Of a stretch of DNA of 64,000 nt, positions 12,501 through 27,711 are shown one piece after another. The DNA lies in assembly GCA_964016885.1 (NCBI GenBank), contig OZ024740.1, positions 161,572,001 through 161,636,000 on the forward strand, in the 5' to 3' direction. The notes beneath the pieces were generated by a model. The model was not told where the DNA came from. It saw only the letters and a program-made list of their open reading frames with translations, and searched no databases. Position 1 is the stretch's first letter. Every line of letters begins with the position of its first letter. Origin of the DNA: Eledone cirrhosa (Eukaryota). Position numbers and translations under genes: made by a program.

Positions 12501-13329
12501 TATAAATTATGTCCATAGAATCATTTGATAAGATATATTCACCATTTCCTCTCCCAATTAGCATAATCAACCACACAAAAACCAATTAAATATATATATA
12601 TATATATATTTCACCTGTGCTTTTACAGGGTAAACTCCAGAGTAACAGGACTCATCAATTAGCCATAATAATAAAGATTATTTAAACTCTGATTCCGTAT
12701 TGAGTACTCATTCTCATATCTGTAACTACCACACACACACACATATATATATATATAATGATTAGTCCTTTCTGTGTGCAACAAGAAATGGTGTGTAAAT
12801 GATGACTATTCCATTAGGTTTTACTGCTGATTTGAATGTTCCTCAAAGTAAAACATCGAAGTGTTAATCATAAAAACCAAGGATATTTATACCGTATATA
12901 ATATTCATACAAAACCCAGAATATATTAAGAAATTCAATATGCATTTAGTGTAAATAAAATTACGGTGGTCTTAATTTATAAGTCTCACCGTGAAAACAG
13001 GAGCAAGTGTAAATGCAATTTGTTGTTCCTTTTGCACAACGAAAATCCTAAGCATTGTCCTTACATGTATCAAGGCTTATTAGCTGTTCATCAGAGGTAT
13101 AGAACGTTGATCTTTCCGTCTATGAAGATACATTATAGCAAATCACTTTATTTATACCTATATTAAATTTGAAATTTTTGGTATGCCTTCTGTTGTGCAT
13201 GAATATTTGTTAATTAATAAATGCACATTATACAAATTTAACTGCCCATGAGTTAGGTTCTTGTTTGTGTTTGAAATGAATAGCGATTTGCTCTAATTAT
13301 AGGCCTGTAAGGTTAACCTAGGACTTTAG

Positions 13330-13562
13330 AGCAACATCAAAGGAGAGAGCTTCTACAACATAACTCACGCTGCTAGAAACAGTAGCCAAATCTCTCTTGA
13401 ATATCTCCCCGACCATCTATAAAAAATAGAAAGATACGCTTGATAGTACAGTCTGGAGTACACTGTGTCTCCAGAAAAAGATAGGTGGTCATGGATGGAA
13501 CGCTTTTGTTCATATATCTACTCAATCAGTGCCTAACTAGAAGATAAACAACAATAACAATC
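13330..13562 (+). mobile_element. Interspersed repeat (SINE/LINE 3' tail family)
   Basis: Shared gctagaaa..agccaaatctc...ggtcatg.ctggaa.gc.ttt...caacaa motif, with diverged copies near 39070, 44990 and 60780-60990. Confidence 0.55.
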
Positions 13563-16204
13563 TATGGAACTTCTGCATATTAACTTGATCTGCTCCTAGT
13601 AGCAGTCAAATTTCTTCGTCCCATTCTCTCTCTCAGAAAACACCATCGCGCTGAAGATTGATTAACTACTTTCGATTGGAGCAAAACTATTGATCTATTG
13701 CTAAAGGGTTTGCATAATAACTCCCATTTAAAACATTCTAGACGAATTCTTCTGCTTTTCCAACAAACTTCATATTTCCTTCATTCTATGTTGTTCAGTA
13801 TGATAACATGTGCTGTCTTTTCTTCATTGCCTTTTAGTGTTTAGTCTTTTTCCCCCACTCAATTGTAATTCAGTGAAGAAAAAATGAATCAGTTTTGGTG
13901 GGATGTCTTTGTTTTGGGGTAGACAATAAAACATTTCGTTCAGCTATGATAAAAACAATACATTCTTTTTTTTTTTTTATTAGCACCAAAACATAGAAGA
14001 AAAGACCTCCTAAGAAATTAATATTCATTTTTATCATATCTCGAATGTAATGTAGATCGTAGTAAAAATCGCAGACAATTAAATTTCTTTTCAATTATTC
14101 TTTGGTTTCTGTTTTATCGTCTAGTTTATATATGTTAAACAGTTCACATGGGAAATAAAAGTAGATATTACTGAAATTGTGCAATGAGTACTTTTGCCAT
14201 CATTTTTAGCTCATTAAATAAAGAGCATTTTCCGCTGTCATTTATATCAATCAGGAAAGTAATAAAAAAGTAATTGGGTTGGGGTGTTGAGGGAAAGAGT
14301 AATAAAAGAGACACAGGAGTAGCAGCTTCATATTTGCTGATGAGAGATAGGGAGAGTTTGGGATAGATAGTAATAGGTTGTAAGGTAGAGAGAAGGATGT
14401 CAATAATGATAATATTTAGTTTGCAGATATGATGGCTTGGCCTGATGATGAAATAGATATTTCATTAAGCCAAAAATAGCAAATATCACATGCATCATGC
14501 AGCATTCATAAAATATCTCTTGAAGTTATTACACCGAAAATAAGAAAAATATATACGAACTTACACGTATTTCTTATACTTCAAAAGCTCTTAAGATTAA
14601 CGAAGCATATTAAGTATATAATTCAATATGTCGTTATGACGTACAATTTCTGTTCTGTGTTTCTATGTTGTATTATACAAAACTGGTTGATTGCTTCGTT
14701 AATAATTTTTGCTGATTCGGTGCTTTTATTAACGATGATTGTCTTAATATAAAGTATTATTTCCACATTTAAAAAATAAAACAATAAATGAGAAAAAGTG
14801 ATCGTCTACACCAGCAAGAATTGTACGGGGGTGTCGATGCTTTTAGATACGTATGCACGCTACAAGTAGTTTTCTTTTTTAATGTTGATTCAGAAAGTGA
14901 TGGAGCGCGCCCGTTACAATTTTTAGGGCCTCTAAGACTGGTGTGAGGGAGATTGGGCCTAGTCTGCTAAAGGCACCCAAGAACCAGACCTTGATGTTAA
15001 ACCGAGTGTTGGATTAAGTCTACCACCCACATATATACCAGCGATTGATTATGTCTACTACTCAAGTATATGCCTTAGTAGAAGCATTTACTATCAGCCG
15101 AATAAATATATTTATACTCTTCTCTTCATACAGATCACTTTTTTCTTATCATCAGCGTGTGTGTGCGTACACTCGGTTGACTTTTTCGCAATTTCTATCC
15201 ACCAATCACGTGGCGTAGTAACCCGAAGCTATCGAAGACACGCTCAAAGTACTGCAAAGAAGAACCAAACTCGGAAACGCATGGTAGTAAAGTGAGCGTC
15301 TTAACCTTATAGCCATGCCTGGTTTAAATCATTCGTTTCTCACCCAGGCTTCTTCCCCTATATCATTTAACACCAATAGGTTAATGTTTCCAGCGCCGTA
15401 TATCTTATAGACTGACCAAGATTTTTGTTCAAATCTGTCATTTTTTTTTCTGCGTCTATAGCGTTCTTTTAGAGACTGGACGGGGACTGGTGTTTCTTTC
15501 TCACAAATCATGCTGTCAGTATTTTTAAATTACTTGATTGATGATATTGTTGGCGTGTGTGAAATTGGTAACTGGATATGCATTTCTCTTGTTTGCAAAA
15601 TAACAAAGTATTCCGGTGTAACTTGTTATCTCAATCTTTTCTGTTGTCATTCTGTATTCTGAAGAGAAAAAAGAAAACACTCATATAATATATGATATAA
15701 GAATTATATTGACTAGACATTAGTAACACTATTTTTTGGAGTTTGTGATGTTTTGTTTTGTTTTTACTGTGTTAGTCAAGAGGGACGAGTGATGTATTTC
15801 TGGGCCTACGAAGCTGATAAATGGGGAGAGTACACGTTATCCTCAAATCGGAAATTTTATCGGAATGCGTTCAATGAAATTAACTCTGCTAAAGTTATCC
15901 AAGGTCGAAGCGGTTATGTTAAACCGGGTGACCGTTTAAGTTTATCCAAGTAGATCAAATACTGCAAAGCATCTCATCTGACGCTCTATGTATTCTGCCA
16001 ATCCACCGCCCAGGTGGATGAGAGACAAACATGACCTCGGCAGGATTTGAACACAGAATGCCGAAAATACTGTAAGGCATATTGTCGTTTCGTCATATGA
16101 ATTTGCCAATTCACTGCATACGGTGTGCACGTATTACTTCTACGGCTACTACAATGTTCTCTTCTTTTCTATTACATGCAATAAACTGGCTTCCCATCCA
16201 CCAG

Positions 16205-16263
<59 letters not shown>

Positions 16264-16266
16264 TAT

Positions 16267-16640
<374 letters not shown>

Positions 16641-16795
16641 ATATATATATATATATACAGAGAGAGAGGGAGATGTGTAAAATTCTGACCATGACTCCAA
16701 GCGAGCGAGATTTTACATATCTCTATACCCACTCTACATCTTCCCATGTATCGAGTACTCACATGATTAGTGGTCTCCTCGGTCTCAGCACTGCA

Positions 16796-17008
<213 letters not shown>

Positions 17009-18029
17009 TTCTCTGTTTTATCTTTATACAACGAAACTGGATCTAAATTTTGGCTTTTATGAGTATTTTTAAGCTCTCAACCTCATATTCAAGCCTTGCA
17101 TGGTATACTTATAGTCTCTCCTCCACTGTCTTTAAGTGACACGATATTCATTAAATTAAATACAAATTATATTGTTCCTGAGACATCTGAATGTTCTATG
17201 CAATATTCTTTCATAACCTGACATGTTAATATGCATTATTCTGTGATCGTCTTTTTTTCACTTCTGTCTTGGCTTTTTATCTTTTTTTTGTCCTATTCTT
17301 TTTCTAGTTCCCTCTTCATTTTCATTTGTACTGTTTTTTTTTTTTACTTCTTCTTTTTCTTCTTATACTTCTTATTCGATTGTCTCTTTCTCCTCCTTCA
17401 GCCTTCTTCTTTGGTCTTCTACAAATCTCATATATTATAATGAACCAACAAGAAAAATATTTGACGATATAAAGCGGTTGTGAATAGACAGAGGAGTAGG
17501 GAAGTAGTTATTTTATGCATCGGAATTTTATCGAAATTGAAAACGTCCCTACCATCATCCTACATTATCTATTTCTTGCAACAAACAGCCACCAATAATT
17601 GGTCAAGCTTTAGGCATTGCTATAAAATATCTCGGAACATACAAAGCCGATGTATGACGTCAGTAGAACATATACAGCCATTCACGTGAAAATGTGGTTG
17701 AAATAACTTCCACGTCTGATCAATAATTACTACGCATTTCCTCACCTAATTATTTCAAAGGTTTCACCTGAATTTTCAATACGATTCTGACACAAAAGCG
17801 GAAAAGCATTCTTTCTAATAATTTAACTAATAACATGGCGTTTCGAATTTTAAATATAAAGGGACGTTTTCGGGTGAAAGAATGGAATATTATGAAAGCT
17901 TCTTCAATTACTGAATAGAATTCTTTAATTAATTCCTCTGAATGGCAAGCGCTGTAAAAGCAAACTAAATCTTCGGTCGAGATTCAATTCACGGTTGAGT
18001 CACCTCACTTCTTTTAATAATAATAATAA

Positions 18030-18630
18030 TAATTGTTTTACTTTTGACACAAGGCCAGCAAATATCAGTGCATTACTGGTACTTTATTATATCGTCCCCG
18101 TAAGGATGAAAGGCAAAGTTAACCTCGGGGGGATATGAACTCAGAATGGCAAGGGCCGTAACTCTATGCGCCAAAGCACGGCGTAATAATAATCATGATT
18201 CTACTATAGCACAAGGCCAGTAATTGGGGGAGGGGAAAGTCGATTAAATCGACCCCAGTACGTTACTGGTGCTTTATTTTATAGACCCCGTAAGGATGAA
18301 AGGCAAAGTTAACATAGGCAGGATTTGAACTCAGACCTTAAAGGGACGTAACTCTATGCTGGAAAGCTTAGTATCCGACTCTCTACCGATACTGCCAAAC
18401 CATAATAATGATTTCTAGTATAGGCACAAGGCCAGCAATTTTGAGGGAAGGGAAAGTCGATTAAATCGACCCCAGTACGTTACTGGTGCTTTATTTTATC
18501 GACCCCGTAAGGATGAAAGACAAAGTTAATCTCGGCAGGATTTGAACTCAGACCGTAAAGGGACGTAACTCTGTGTTGCAAAGCTTGGTGTCCGACTCTC
18601 TACCGATAATGCCAATCCATAATAATAATA
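18030..18630 (-). mobile_element. Three tandem copies of a tRNA-derived SINE
   Basis: Repeated cacaaggccagcaa...cgaccccgtaaggatgaaaggcaaagttaacctcggc.ggatttgaactcag...ctctaccgatactgccaa. The minus strand has a B-box-like GAGTTCAAATCC; (AAT)n spacers. Confidence 0.85.
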
Positions 18631-18639
18631 ATGGTGTCA

Positions 18640-19260
18640 TTTATTGGCCACAAGGGCCGACATATAGGGACAATTCAATAGACGGAGACAATGGGGTTTT
18701 ACACAAAAGTCGAGTTAATAATAGGAAGACAATAACAATAAACAAGAAAAATACAACAATGAAAATTCCCCAATAGACGGATAATCACCCAGGGTTCACT
18801 GAGGTACCCCACCAATCCTGAACTACCCGACGCTTCGAGGGCGCCCGAGAATGGCATCCTTCTCCTCCTCAAATTCACTACCCTATGAGGCGCATGATCA
18901 GACTAGGCCCACTCATCCGAGCCATTCTCGCCACATTCACCCACCTTTCAGCAAATGTACTGGGGGGGTCAGCACTTCTCTCTCCACCATCATCTTCCTT
19001 TCCAAGTGAACCTTGAAAAAGTTGATGACGGATTGGCCGCAGAGAAAAGTGTTTGTCTTCAGTCCTTTCAACCTGGTCGACCAGACAACCTCTTTCGCTA
19101 CGACCAACAGGCAGAAGAATACTGCTTGCCCTGCACGGCCAACAGAAGGCGGTGGGGTGATCTTCACGATGGACTCAGTCGATATCCAGATCCGTCCGAT
19201 ACGCGATAGCAGCTGCTTGTCATAACTCCACAAGTCAATAATGCACGGACCCATCGAGCA
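18640..19260 (-). mobile_element. Tx1/L1-like LINE 3' end fragment
   Basis: Reverse complement is homologous to 34850-35330 at DNA and peptide level (e.g. QLLSRIGRI...VVAKEVVWSTRLKG). Confidence 0.8.
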
Positions 19261-19789
19261 GCTTTACTTCTTTACTAAAATCTATTGCCACTACTCTAAT
19301 TTCTCTCTTGAAAGAACCCCACCACCTGTTCTTGTGACCTCCGTCAACGTACACTTACCTAAAATGATGACCCGGTCTCTATAGGCTTTATGCTCCGGGA
19401 ATGCTGTTTAGCTTCCAGTGACCAGGTCCTACCCTACATGTTCTATCTAGGTCACCCATACAGATCATAAATTTGTGATCTAAATAGACGCCCGTTCTGA
19501 AATGTGGACAACATATACTATCCTTATCTGCTAACCTAACGAAAAACTTATCTATATAAGATCTAGATGATCCTATGTGTTTTGTTCGTGTCCAACTGGC
19601 ACATTCGGGAAATCTTGTCGGTACCTGTTAGCCAGTTGTATTAGGCTGATCAGGTACTTAAGGTTTTTGCACCCCTCCTCCTATCAGTTAATCCCACATA
19701 ATCCTAGCGTGCGTCTAAGATGCCATTCCAGTCTCCTTCTAGCGGTAAAGAGTGAGACATTCCCAGAAAGGACTCCAGGCGCCTAAAGA

Positions 19790-21130
19790 AATCCGGCCAC
19801 CAGTCAAAAGGCATCACCTTGGCAATTACTCATGTCCAGGACCACCAACTTACAATCCGAGTCCAAGAAGATCGTGCTTATCTCGAGATCCTGGCCTTTC
19901 CTAAACAGCACTCCCACCCCACCTCCCATTCCCGGCTGAATAGGAGATGCGAAGATCTGATAGTCGTCGGAAATATCGGTCTTGCTGACGGCAGTCACAT
20001 CCATATCTAGTAACTTCAAGCAGTTGGGAAAGTGACCCTACTTCCAGGACAACCCCCAGGCCACTAACATTTACGCAACCTACTCTTAAGATAGCCATGC
20101 TGGCTGGTTGAGCAAAAGATAAAAAAGGGATGCTACCTACCTTCCGGGCTCTTTTGGAAATAGAGTGGTTTGATCTCCATGTCTGGTGGGTGTTCCTGTG
20201 GGAAACCCGTTAAAGACCTGCTTGTCGCTTTTACATTAGGGGTTCCCACGTCTTTCGGGAAGCTCTCACTAATGTCTTTGTATGTTTGTGGTGCCATTCG
20301 CACTATCATTAGTGACTGTGACACTTTAAATGTGCTAGTGGCAAAAACCTCCCCTTTCTCAATTTCCTCACTTTGTGCTATAAGGGCCATCAGTTCTTGG
20401 TTGACTCTTCTTATTAGCACAACGTTTTATGTCTATGTCATTTTGTTGGTCTGGCTGTGCGAGATTTCGTTTGGATGTTTGTGCTGATGATGGTGGAGGT
20501 GTTTGGATTGTTGTAGATGTGTCTGTGTTTGTTGTGTTAGTGTGGTGTCTCCGTTTTCTGTTTTGTGTATGTGTGTGATGTTTGAGGGCTTTTAATTTTT
20601 CTTTTCTTTGTGCTTTTGCTTCTTTGCTCATTATGATAGTCCCTCGTCTTCGTTAGGAAAAGACGAGATCTATGTGTCATTTTCAGATGTGTGTGTGCGG
20701 CTGTTAATGTGTGTATTCGTTCGGGGGAGGAGGAGTGGGAATGCTTTCCTTATCTTTCTCTTGGGTTGATTCTGTCTTGGTTGTTGTTAGTGGTGGTTTA
20801 GCTGCTGCTGCTGCTGTTTCTTATACTATTACTGCTGTCAGTGCTGGCGTTGTTGCATGTGCGGTGGTTTGTCCCTGCACTGATGTTGGCAGCAATGGAG
20901 GTTTGCTGCCCCCTATCTTTTTCAGCTGAAGGCAATAGGTTCGCAGATGTGTGTTTTCACCACAAACAAAACAGTGCGGCCATTTTCCTTCAGTAATCAC
21001 CTGTATCTCGTACCCGTCCGGTAAGTTGACGTGGTCTAGAATGTCGTCTGGTTTGATTTGGAGAAGAATCTCGAAACCAGTCCCGGACCGTTTCTCCCCC
21101 TCTCTTTGTAAATTTCACATTGAAAAACAT
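19790..21130 (-). pseudogene. Tx1/L1-like LINE ORF1 (CCHC zinc knuckle) and ORF2 APE N-terminus, decayed
   Basis: Minus strand gives CFVCGENTHLRTYC (C-X2-C-X4-H-X4-C) near 20935-20980 and APE motifs LRVGCVNVSGL and GGGVGVLFRKG..KLVVLD. Confidence 0.75.
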
Positions 21131-21201
21131 TAAATTGAATATGCCTTTATTAACAACAATTCTGGAACATTTACAGTTGATTTTTAATCGGGTATTCTGC
21201 T

Positions 21202-21242
<41 letters not shown>

Positions 21243-21267
21243 GTATATATATATATTGACTAAATGT

Positions 21268-21317
<50 letters not shown>

Positions 21318-21339
21318 AACATTTAGTCAATATAGGCTA

Positions 21340-21900
21340 CAAACTGCAGAAAAACCACTTTCCTTGACTGATTTATTCTTCATGGGTGACTTAAAGATAG
21401 AGAAAGAGATCGGTTCACGTGTTATTAAAGTAAAGTTGCTGTGATATTGGAATGGGGTTTGCTGTATCAAAATGTTGCACATTAGGCATGAAAGAAGAGG
21501 ACAGAACCCATTTTAATGGAATAGTTTTACTGAAAGAAAAGCTTTTAGAACTTGTTGACCTATGAATACAGATAGCTCAGTATACTGCAACTCCATAACA
21601 TGATGCATAAGGAAATGAAGTAAAAAATGAAAACAACATATTAGAAAATATTAAATCTTTGTATTGAAATCCAGGTTTAGTTCAAGAAATTTGATCAACC
21701 CGTAAACTATTGCCTTCAACTGTTAGTGTTGAAATGGTTCATTGGATGAAAAGTGAAATAGATGCATTAGGCAGTAAAAAAAAAATTAGAAACACCCTAG
21801 CTATGTATAGAATACTTCATCCGAAGGCAAATGTCAGTCGTTTATAGATGTAAAGGAAACTTTACAAGGAGAGAGAGAGACCTTATTAATATATCCTACA
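21340..21900 (+). pseudogene. Decayed non-LTR RT fragment (R4/Dong-like)
   Basis: Remnant peptides LFFMGDLK, DIGMGFAVSKC and LHPKANVSRL, interrupted by stops. Confidence 0.55.
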
Positions 21901-23221
21901 GTACGAATGGAGAATAAAAGCCAGTAAACCATTACCCTGCAAAAATAGGATTAGAATTCACAAGCATTGAATTGTTCTCTTTGGTGGAATATGAATACCG
22001 AATATAAAGCAAAAACTAGAAGGAAATTTTCCAAAATGCTAATGGCGCTGCTAAGGCTGTTGGGAACACTTAATGGACAGTCACAAATAAACATTCCTTA
22101 CGTCCCCTAAAATATAGAGCATTTTTTTTTTCACGAAGGGTGGTAAATAGTAGAAATATTTAACCCAATTTCAATAAATGAACCTCCGATGGCTTCGCTG
22201 ATGTGAACGTGTACTCCTAGCGTAATTTGCGGGGAAACTCAACGTATTGTGACGTGTGACAAGGCTGGATCTATGAATTAAAGGTACAGACCATCTGACG
22301 AACTTCCAAACAGTTTCTGTCTACCTACTTTTACTCACTTGGTTTGGATCAACTCCGGGCTATGATAAATTGAATTGCCTACGTTATCACGCAATGGGAT
22401 CGAACCTGGACCGCCATGACTGTAAAATGAGTTTCCGCACCCCTCCAGCCGCATTCTATGTCAGTGTTCATGGTGTGAGAGTAGTGGCTATGGTATGGAA
22501 GGGCTTTTGATGATGTTTTTAGTGACATTATATTTTGGCGTCGTGGTTAACTTTGCCTTTCATCCTTACGGGGTCGATAAAATAAAGTACAAGTAATGTA
22601 CTGGGTAATTGCTGGCCTTGTGCCAAAAATAGAAACAATTATATTTTGGCCTCGTGGTTTCAATCGATTTCTCTCTCTCACTCATTCAATAGTGAATGGT
22701 TCGAGCTGTATTCAAAAGCTCGTCGGATCTCTGCTAAGTTCTACACCTTTTTACAGACTGGAAACTACGCATCGAGTGCTTACTCGGGTCAACCTACAGT
22801 AACTGTATGTTACATTCCCTTGGTATATATATGTAATGTGTATATATATATGTAATTAAACGCACATTGTATATATACTTATATATACATATATATATAT
22901 ATAATGTGTGTTTAATTCTCTTTGTATTATATATGTGTATGTGCGCACGATCTCTCTCTCCCTATCTCTCTCCGCCTTCTCCCTCTCTATAAAGAGCATC
23001 GAATTATCTACTATAGACTTATTTCTCAAGGTCTACACTATATCATCGGTTTTCATCTTCAATCACGAAATATAAAATCTTTCTTTAAAAGAAAATTAAA
23101 TGAAAGTAAAAAATTCTAATGAACCTTAACATATATCTTCTTGAGTAATTTTTTTTGTTAATCCAGTCGCTATCATCGTTGGATTGCTTTTTGTTATTGC
23201 TGTGGTTGTTGTTTGCAGCAA

Positions 23222-23315
<94 letters not shown>

Positions 23316-23320
23316 GGTGG
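23222..23320. repeat. (TAG)n/(TGG)n microsatellite
   Basis: Seen directly. Confidence 0.98.
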
Positions 23321-23442
23321 TATATAAGGATTATATAAAAACAGTGTGACGAAATTAGCTGTAGAACAAAGAATGAAATGCAAAACGCATTCAAAATACG
23401 AAAATTCGATTCAAATCTCCAACTGGGAAACATGTTCCAATA

Positions 23443-23501
<59 letters not shown>

Positions 23502-23949
23502 CGTGTGTGTGTGTGTGCGTGCGTGCGTGCGTGTGTGCGTGTGTGCGTGTGTGCGTGTGTGCGTGTGTGCGCGCGTGTGTGTGTGTGTGTGTGTGATATA
23601 TCCCTATTTTGTTTTGTTTCGTTGGGCCGGTGTCATGTTTTATTTATTTACGTACCTTTTTTTCTATTAGTCTCAGATTGAACGCTGAAAGTAGTAATTC
23701 TCTTGCTTGGTTGGAATGAAAGCAGCATCTGGTATGCAGTACGCTTCCTCTACCTCGTAGCACATGTACCGTCTCTAACCTTCAACGAAAGACTGCTCAT
23801 AGTCAATAATGGCAAAGAATAACTTCGAACATTTAGGTTCTGATACAGAATGAAATTTATCTAAGTATTAACGATAATGTAGTGTTGTATCAAACACTAG
23901 TCTCATCGCTTCCTTATTTCAGTTTAGGTGAAATAATTGTGCCGTAATG

Positions 23950-25020
23950 TTGTTATGAGATGCGTGATTGATTTTTGTTGTGTGTGGATAACACGGGTCC
24001 CAGCCTTGGGTGTACTTTAAAGATGATGCCAACATCATTTGGGCAATGCTGATGGAATAATTTCCACCTCATGCAGATAATGTAGCGCTCACGGCGGCGT
24101 TGGAGAGCGCAGAGTTTGAGCTTTTCTAGTCGTCCCCAATAGTCAAGGCTTGTCATGCCATCTATCTTTTTGTGATATTAAGGTGCTTCAGTTTTCGTAA
24201 TACTTTGTTTTGTTTAGGGAGATCACAGGGGAAGACAGTATTCAAGGTGAGGTCGGGAAAAAGAAGAGGAGAGAAGGATAATAGTGTGGCTATCTCTCAA
24301 CTGGAAAGTTCTGAGAATCCAGAAACACATTCTACGGGCCATGTCAACGTTGCTGCTTGTATGAGTGCCTATGTCTTTATCAACAATTACTCCCAAGTCT
24401 CTAATGTTGTTGGATGCCACGAGGGTTTCACCTGAAGGAAGGGAGTATGGAAGTTTCTTTTCCAAAGTGGTTTACTTCGAATTTATCCTCGTTCTGCAGC
24501 ATTTAGTTTTTTTCAACCAAATGGATAACAGCAAGAGATCTGATTGGAGGCATGTCCGGTCTTCCACCTCATTGATGACCTTCTGGAGCTGGGAATAATC
24601 TGGCAAAGATTCTTATGTTACTGTGATTAATGACACCGATAATGTCATTGGTATAGATAATTGTTTCGACTTTTTTGGCACAAGGCCAGCAAATTACCCA
24701 GTACATTACTGGTACTTTATTTTATCGACCCCGTAAGGATGAAAGGCAAAGTTAACCTCGGCGGGATTTGAACGCAGACCGTAAAGGGACGTAACTATGC
24801 TGGAAAGCATGGCGGCCGACTCTCTACTGATACTGCCAATCCACCGGCATTGGTATAGATAATGAAAAGAAGTGGGTCTAACACAGACCCTTGTTGAACA
24901 TCTCAACTGATTTTGGCTGGGTTTCATTGTATTCCTTCGATTTCAACAAGTTGGGCTGTTTGTCAGAAAGTATTTGATCCATTGCAGTAACTTTCCAGAG
25001 ACACCAATGTTGGATTGTTT
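23950..25020 (-). pseudogene. CR1/L2-group LINE RT fragment interrupted by a SINE
   Basis: Peptides GVSGKLLQWIKYFLTN, RDLGVIVD, RPHLEYC and RLEKLKLCALQRRRER. Confidence 0.8.
24662..24847 (-). mobile_element. SINE with 16-bp target-site duplication
   Basis: cattggtatagataat at 24646-24661 and 24848-24863; same family as 18030-18630. Confidence 0.9.
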
Positions 25021-25052
<32 letters not shown>

Positions 25053-25126
25053 AGTGTGTGTATGTGAGTGTGTACTTGTATGTATGTGTGTGTGTGTATT
25101 TGTGTGTGTCTGTATATATATATTTC

Positions 25127-25219
<93 letters not shown>

Positions 25220-25554
25220 AGTGTGTGTGTGTGTGTGTAGTGTATGTGTGTATGCTGGTGGATCAGTTCTGTCAATAATGATGGCAATAGAGTTGAGGGT
25301 ATTTTGGTATTTGCTTTTTGAAGTCCAGCATTGGTATACTTTATATACCAAGATTATCGGATGTATGAGCAAAGATAAATATTTACAAGAACAAATGAAA
25401 GGTTAAAATGCAGGATCTTATTAGAAAGCGAAATCTCAATGCATTTACTATCTCACTGAGATAGTAAATATATTACCTGTAGATATGTATGTATGTATGT
25501 GAGTATGTGTGTAAGTTTTTACAAATTTTAAAGAATTATAGGCATCAAAATATA

Positions 25555-25610
<56 letters not shown>

Positions 25611-26141
25611 TGTGTATATATATATATAAATAGAGAGAGAGAGGGGGAAGAGGGAGAGAAAGAGAGAGAGAGGTTCCCTATATCAACTGAGGGAATTGGA
25701 TAAAGCTGGCACCATTCATGGCATCGTAGACAAAAGCAGCTGTATTAATCGATGCAGAGATTTTATAGTTTAACGTAAAAACAATACTCAAGAGTCCGCT
25801 GCTACGGAAGTGTCTAATATCCTATTAGAAATACTGATATAAAAGATTATTTACCAACTGAATTTCAGATAAGTTCCAGTATATTAGGTAGCTTATACAC
25901 TAAGTTTCGAGTCCTGTCTGGTATACATTCTTTACTTTATTTATGGTTTTTATATATATATAGAGAGATATATATATATATAGATATATATATTGTTATA
26001 ATTTGGGAGGGTCATGTTGCCAATAAGAAACACACGCACCAGTTGCTTTCACTCCAATTTATTATAAATTAAATTATAAATTTTAAAAGTTTATAAATTT
26101 CCGGTTGGTTGGTTCCACAACCGGACAGTTGTTCATATATT

Positions 26142-26184
26142 GTCAAAGTTCTTTCGTCACACATTCTGTGACCTCATCAGTGAC
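26142..26184 (-). ncRNA. Minimal hammerhead in PLE pLTR
   Basis: Minus strand GTCA-CTGATGA-G-GTCACA-gaatg-TGTGAC-GAAA-GAAC-TT-TGAC. Confidence 0.75.
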
Positions 26185-27711
26185 CGGGGATTCTTTTCTT
26201 TGTTTTGTACCTCTCCTTTGTTCTGTCCTACGCCATCTTGTTTTTATGTGCGTTGTGTGCTTAGTTTGCGCATGTGTTTCATCCGGTGTCTGTGTGTGTT
26301 TTTATTTGTTTATTTATTTTTTTATTTACCTGTTACTAGTTGGTTGTTTGTTCTATGTGTGTGTGTTTTCAATTTGTCCTTAATTGGAAGTTGTGATGTT
26401 GCTATTCCATTCATGTTTTCTATTTAATTTTGGTTGGAGTTCATTTATGTTTATTGCCTCTGTGAGGTGTCTAAATATTGCGTATTTTCTGTGTGTAGAT
26501 TCTATTTTTATTTCTATGTTCTCTAATTTGCCCTTATGTTCTATTTTAGCATATTGGTGGAGTACTGATGAGTCTTTTCTTTCTTGAAGCTCTCGCCAGT
26601 GTTCTATGCTACGAGTTGTCTCACATGCTACGAGCTGTCTCACATATGTACATTATATTGGATGGATAATTCATCAGAGTCCACTGTAGTATTGTCGTAT
26701 ATATTTGTGCTGTTGTTGTTGAATTCGTCCGTTAATGATACATCAGCCATGTTTATACCATCAATCCTATCTGGATATTTATCTCTATTCTCTGAAGTTT
26801 CTTGGTTTAGTTTCATCTGTTTGAGCCACGTTAATTTCTTGTTAAAGTGTTTGTTGCATTCTTGGGTTATGTATTTTTCTTCTTCGTGTATAATGTTTAT
26901 GTATTCTAATTTTTCTTTTGGTGTGGTGATCTTAGTTATTTCTTGTATTAGGTTACGCTTATGTTTTTCTTGATGACTTAATTCTCTGTAAATCTTCTTT
27001 TTTTATGTTTAGAATTAGTGTTCCTTTTAGCCTATCTGCTTGTTTTTTTGGTAAGTTGTAATCTTCTTACATTGGTGTTGATGGTGTTGGTGTAAACTCG
27101 GGATGAGGCACATTCTTTTATGAAGTGTAGTTGTCGAGATGTTATTGTTTTCCTTAGACAACAGAACATGGTGGTTTTTAGTATCTTGTTAGCCTGGCTA
27201 AGGATTACGATATTTCGTTTCAGAATTTGTTTAGCAAGATTATTTATCTGAAAACGTGTGTTGAAACCGATATGGTTATACTTTGGGAGGGTCATGTTGC
27301 CAATAAGAAACACACGCTGTTTCGGATCACACCAAAATCAACATACTGATTGCGGATTTAGTACGAGTAATGAGGAACGTGTCCCGCATGTGCAACCCCA
27401 AAGAACTAGAGAGACACATACAACACTTCATCCACCGTATGTAGTTCTCTGGTTACAATCGGAGAGATAAAATCAGAGTAGATAGAGGAGCCAGAACCAA
27501 ATGGGAAAAAATGGTAAGTAATGATACAAATGGGACCTGCCCCTTGTATAGGAGCGAATTTGGGAGTAGAATAGAAAGAACTATGAATAAGGTTAATAGA
27601 ATAAACTCATGGTATGATAGCAATAAATACCCGAGTGTAATGTTCATCAATACAACCCCTAGAGGTGAACTAGCTTACAAATTTAGATAAATTAAACTAA
27701 ATATTAAGATA

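Noticed and set aside
14435-14472. CTGATGA followed by hairpin TGAAAT/ATTTCA
   Set aside because: No downstream GAAA-helix III-UH.
15330-15955. Possible host exons (minus-strand acceptor near 15660; plus-strand ORF 15753-15953)
   Set aside because: No recognisable protein motif or consistent multi-exon model; needs RNA-seq.
18030-18630. Repeat-spacer-like pattern (also 63548-63700)
   Set aside because: Tandem SINEs and microsatellite-separated duplications in eukaryotic DNA; not CRISPR.
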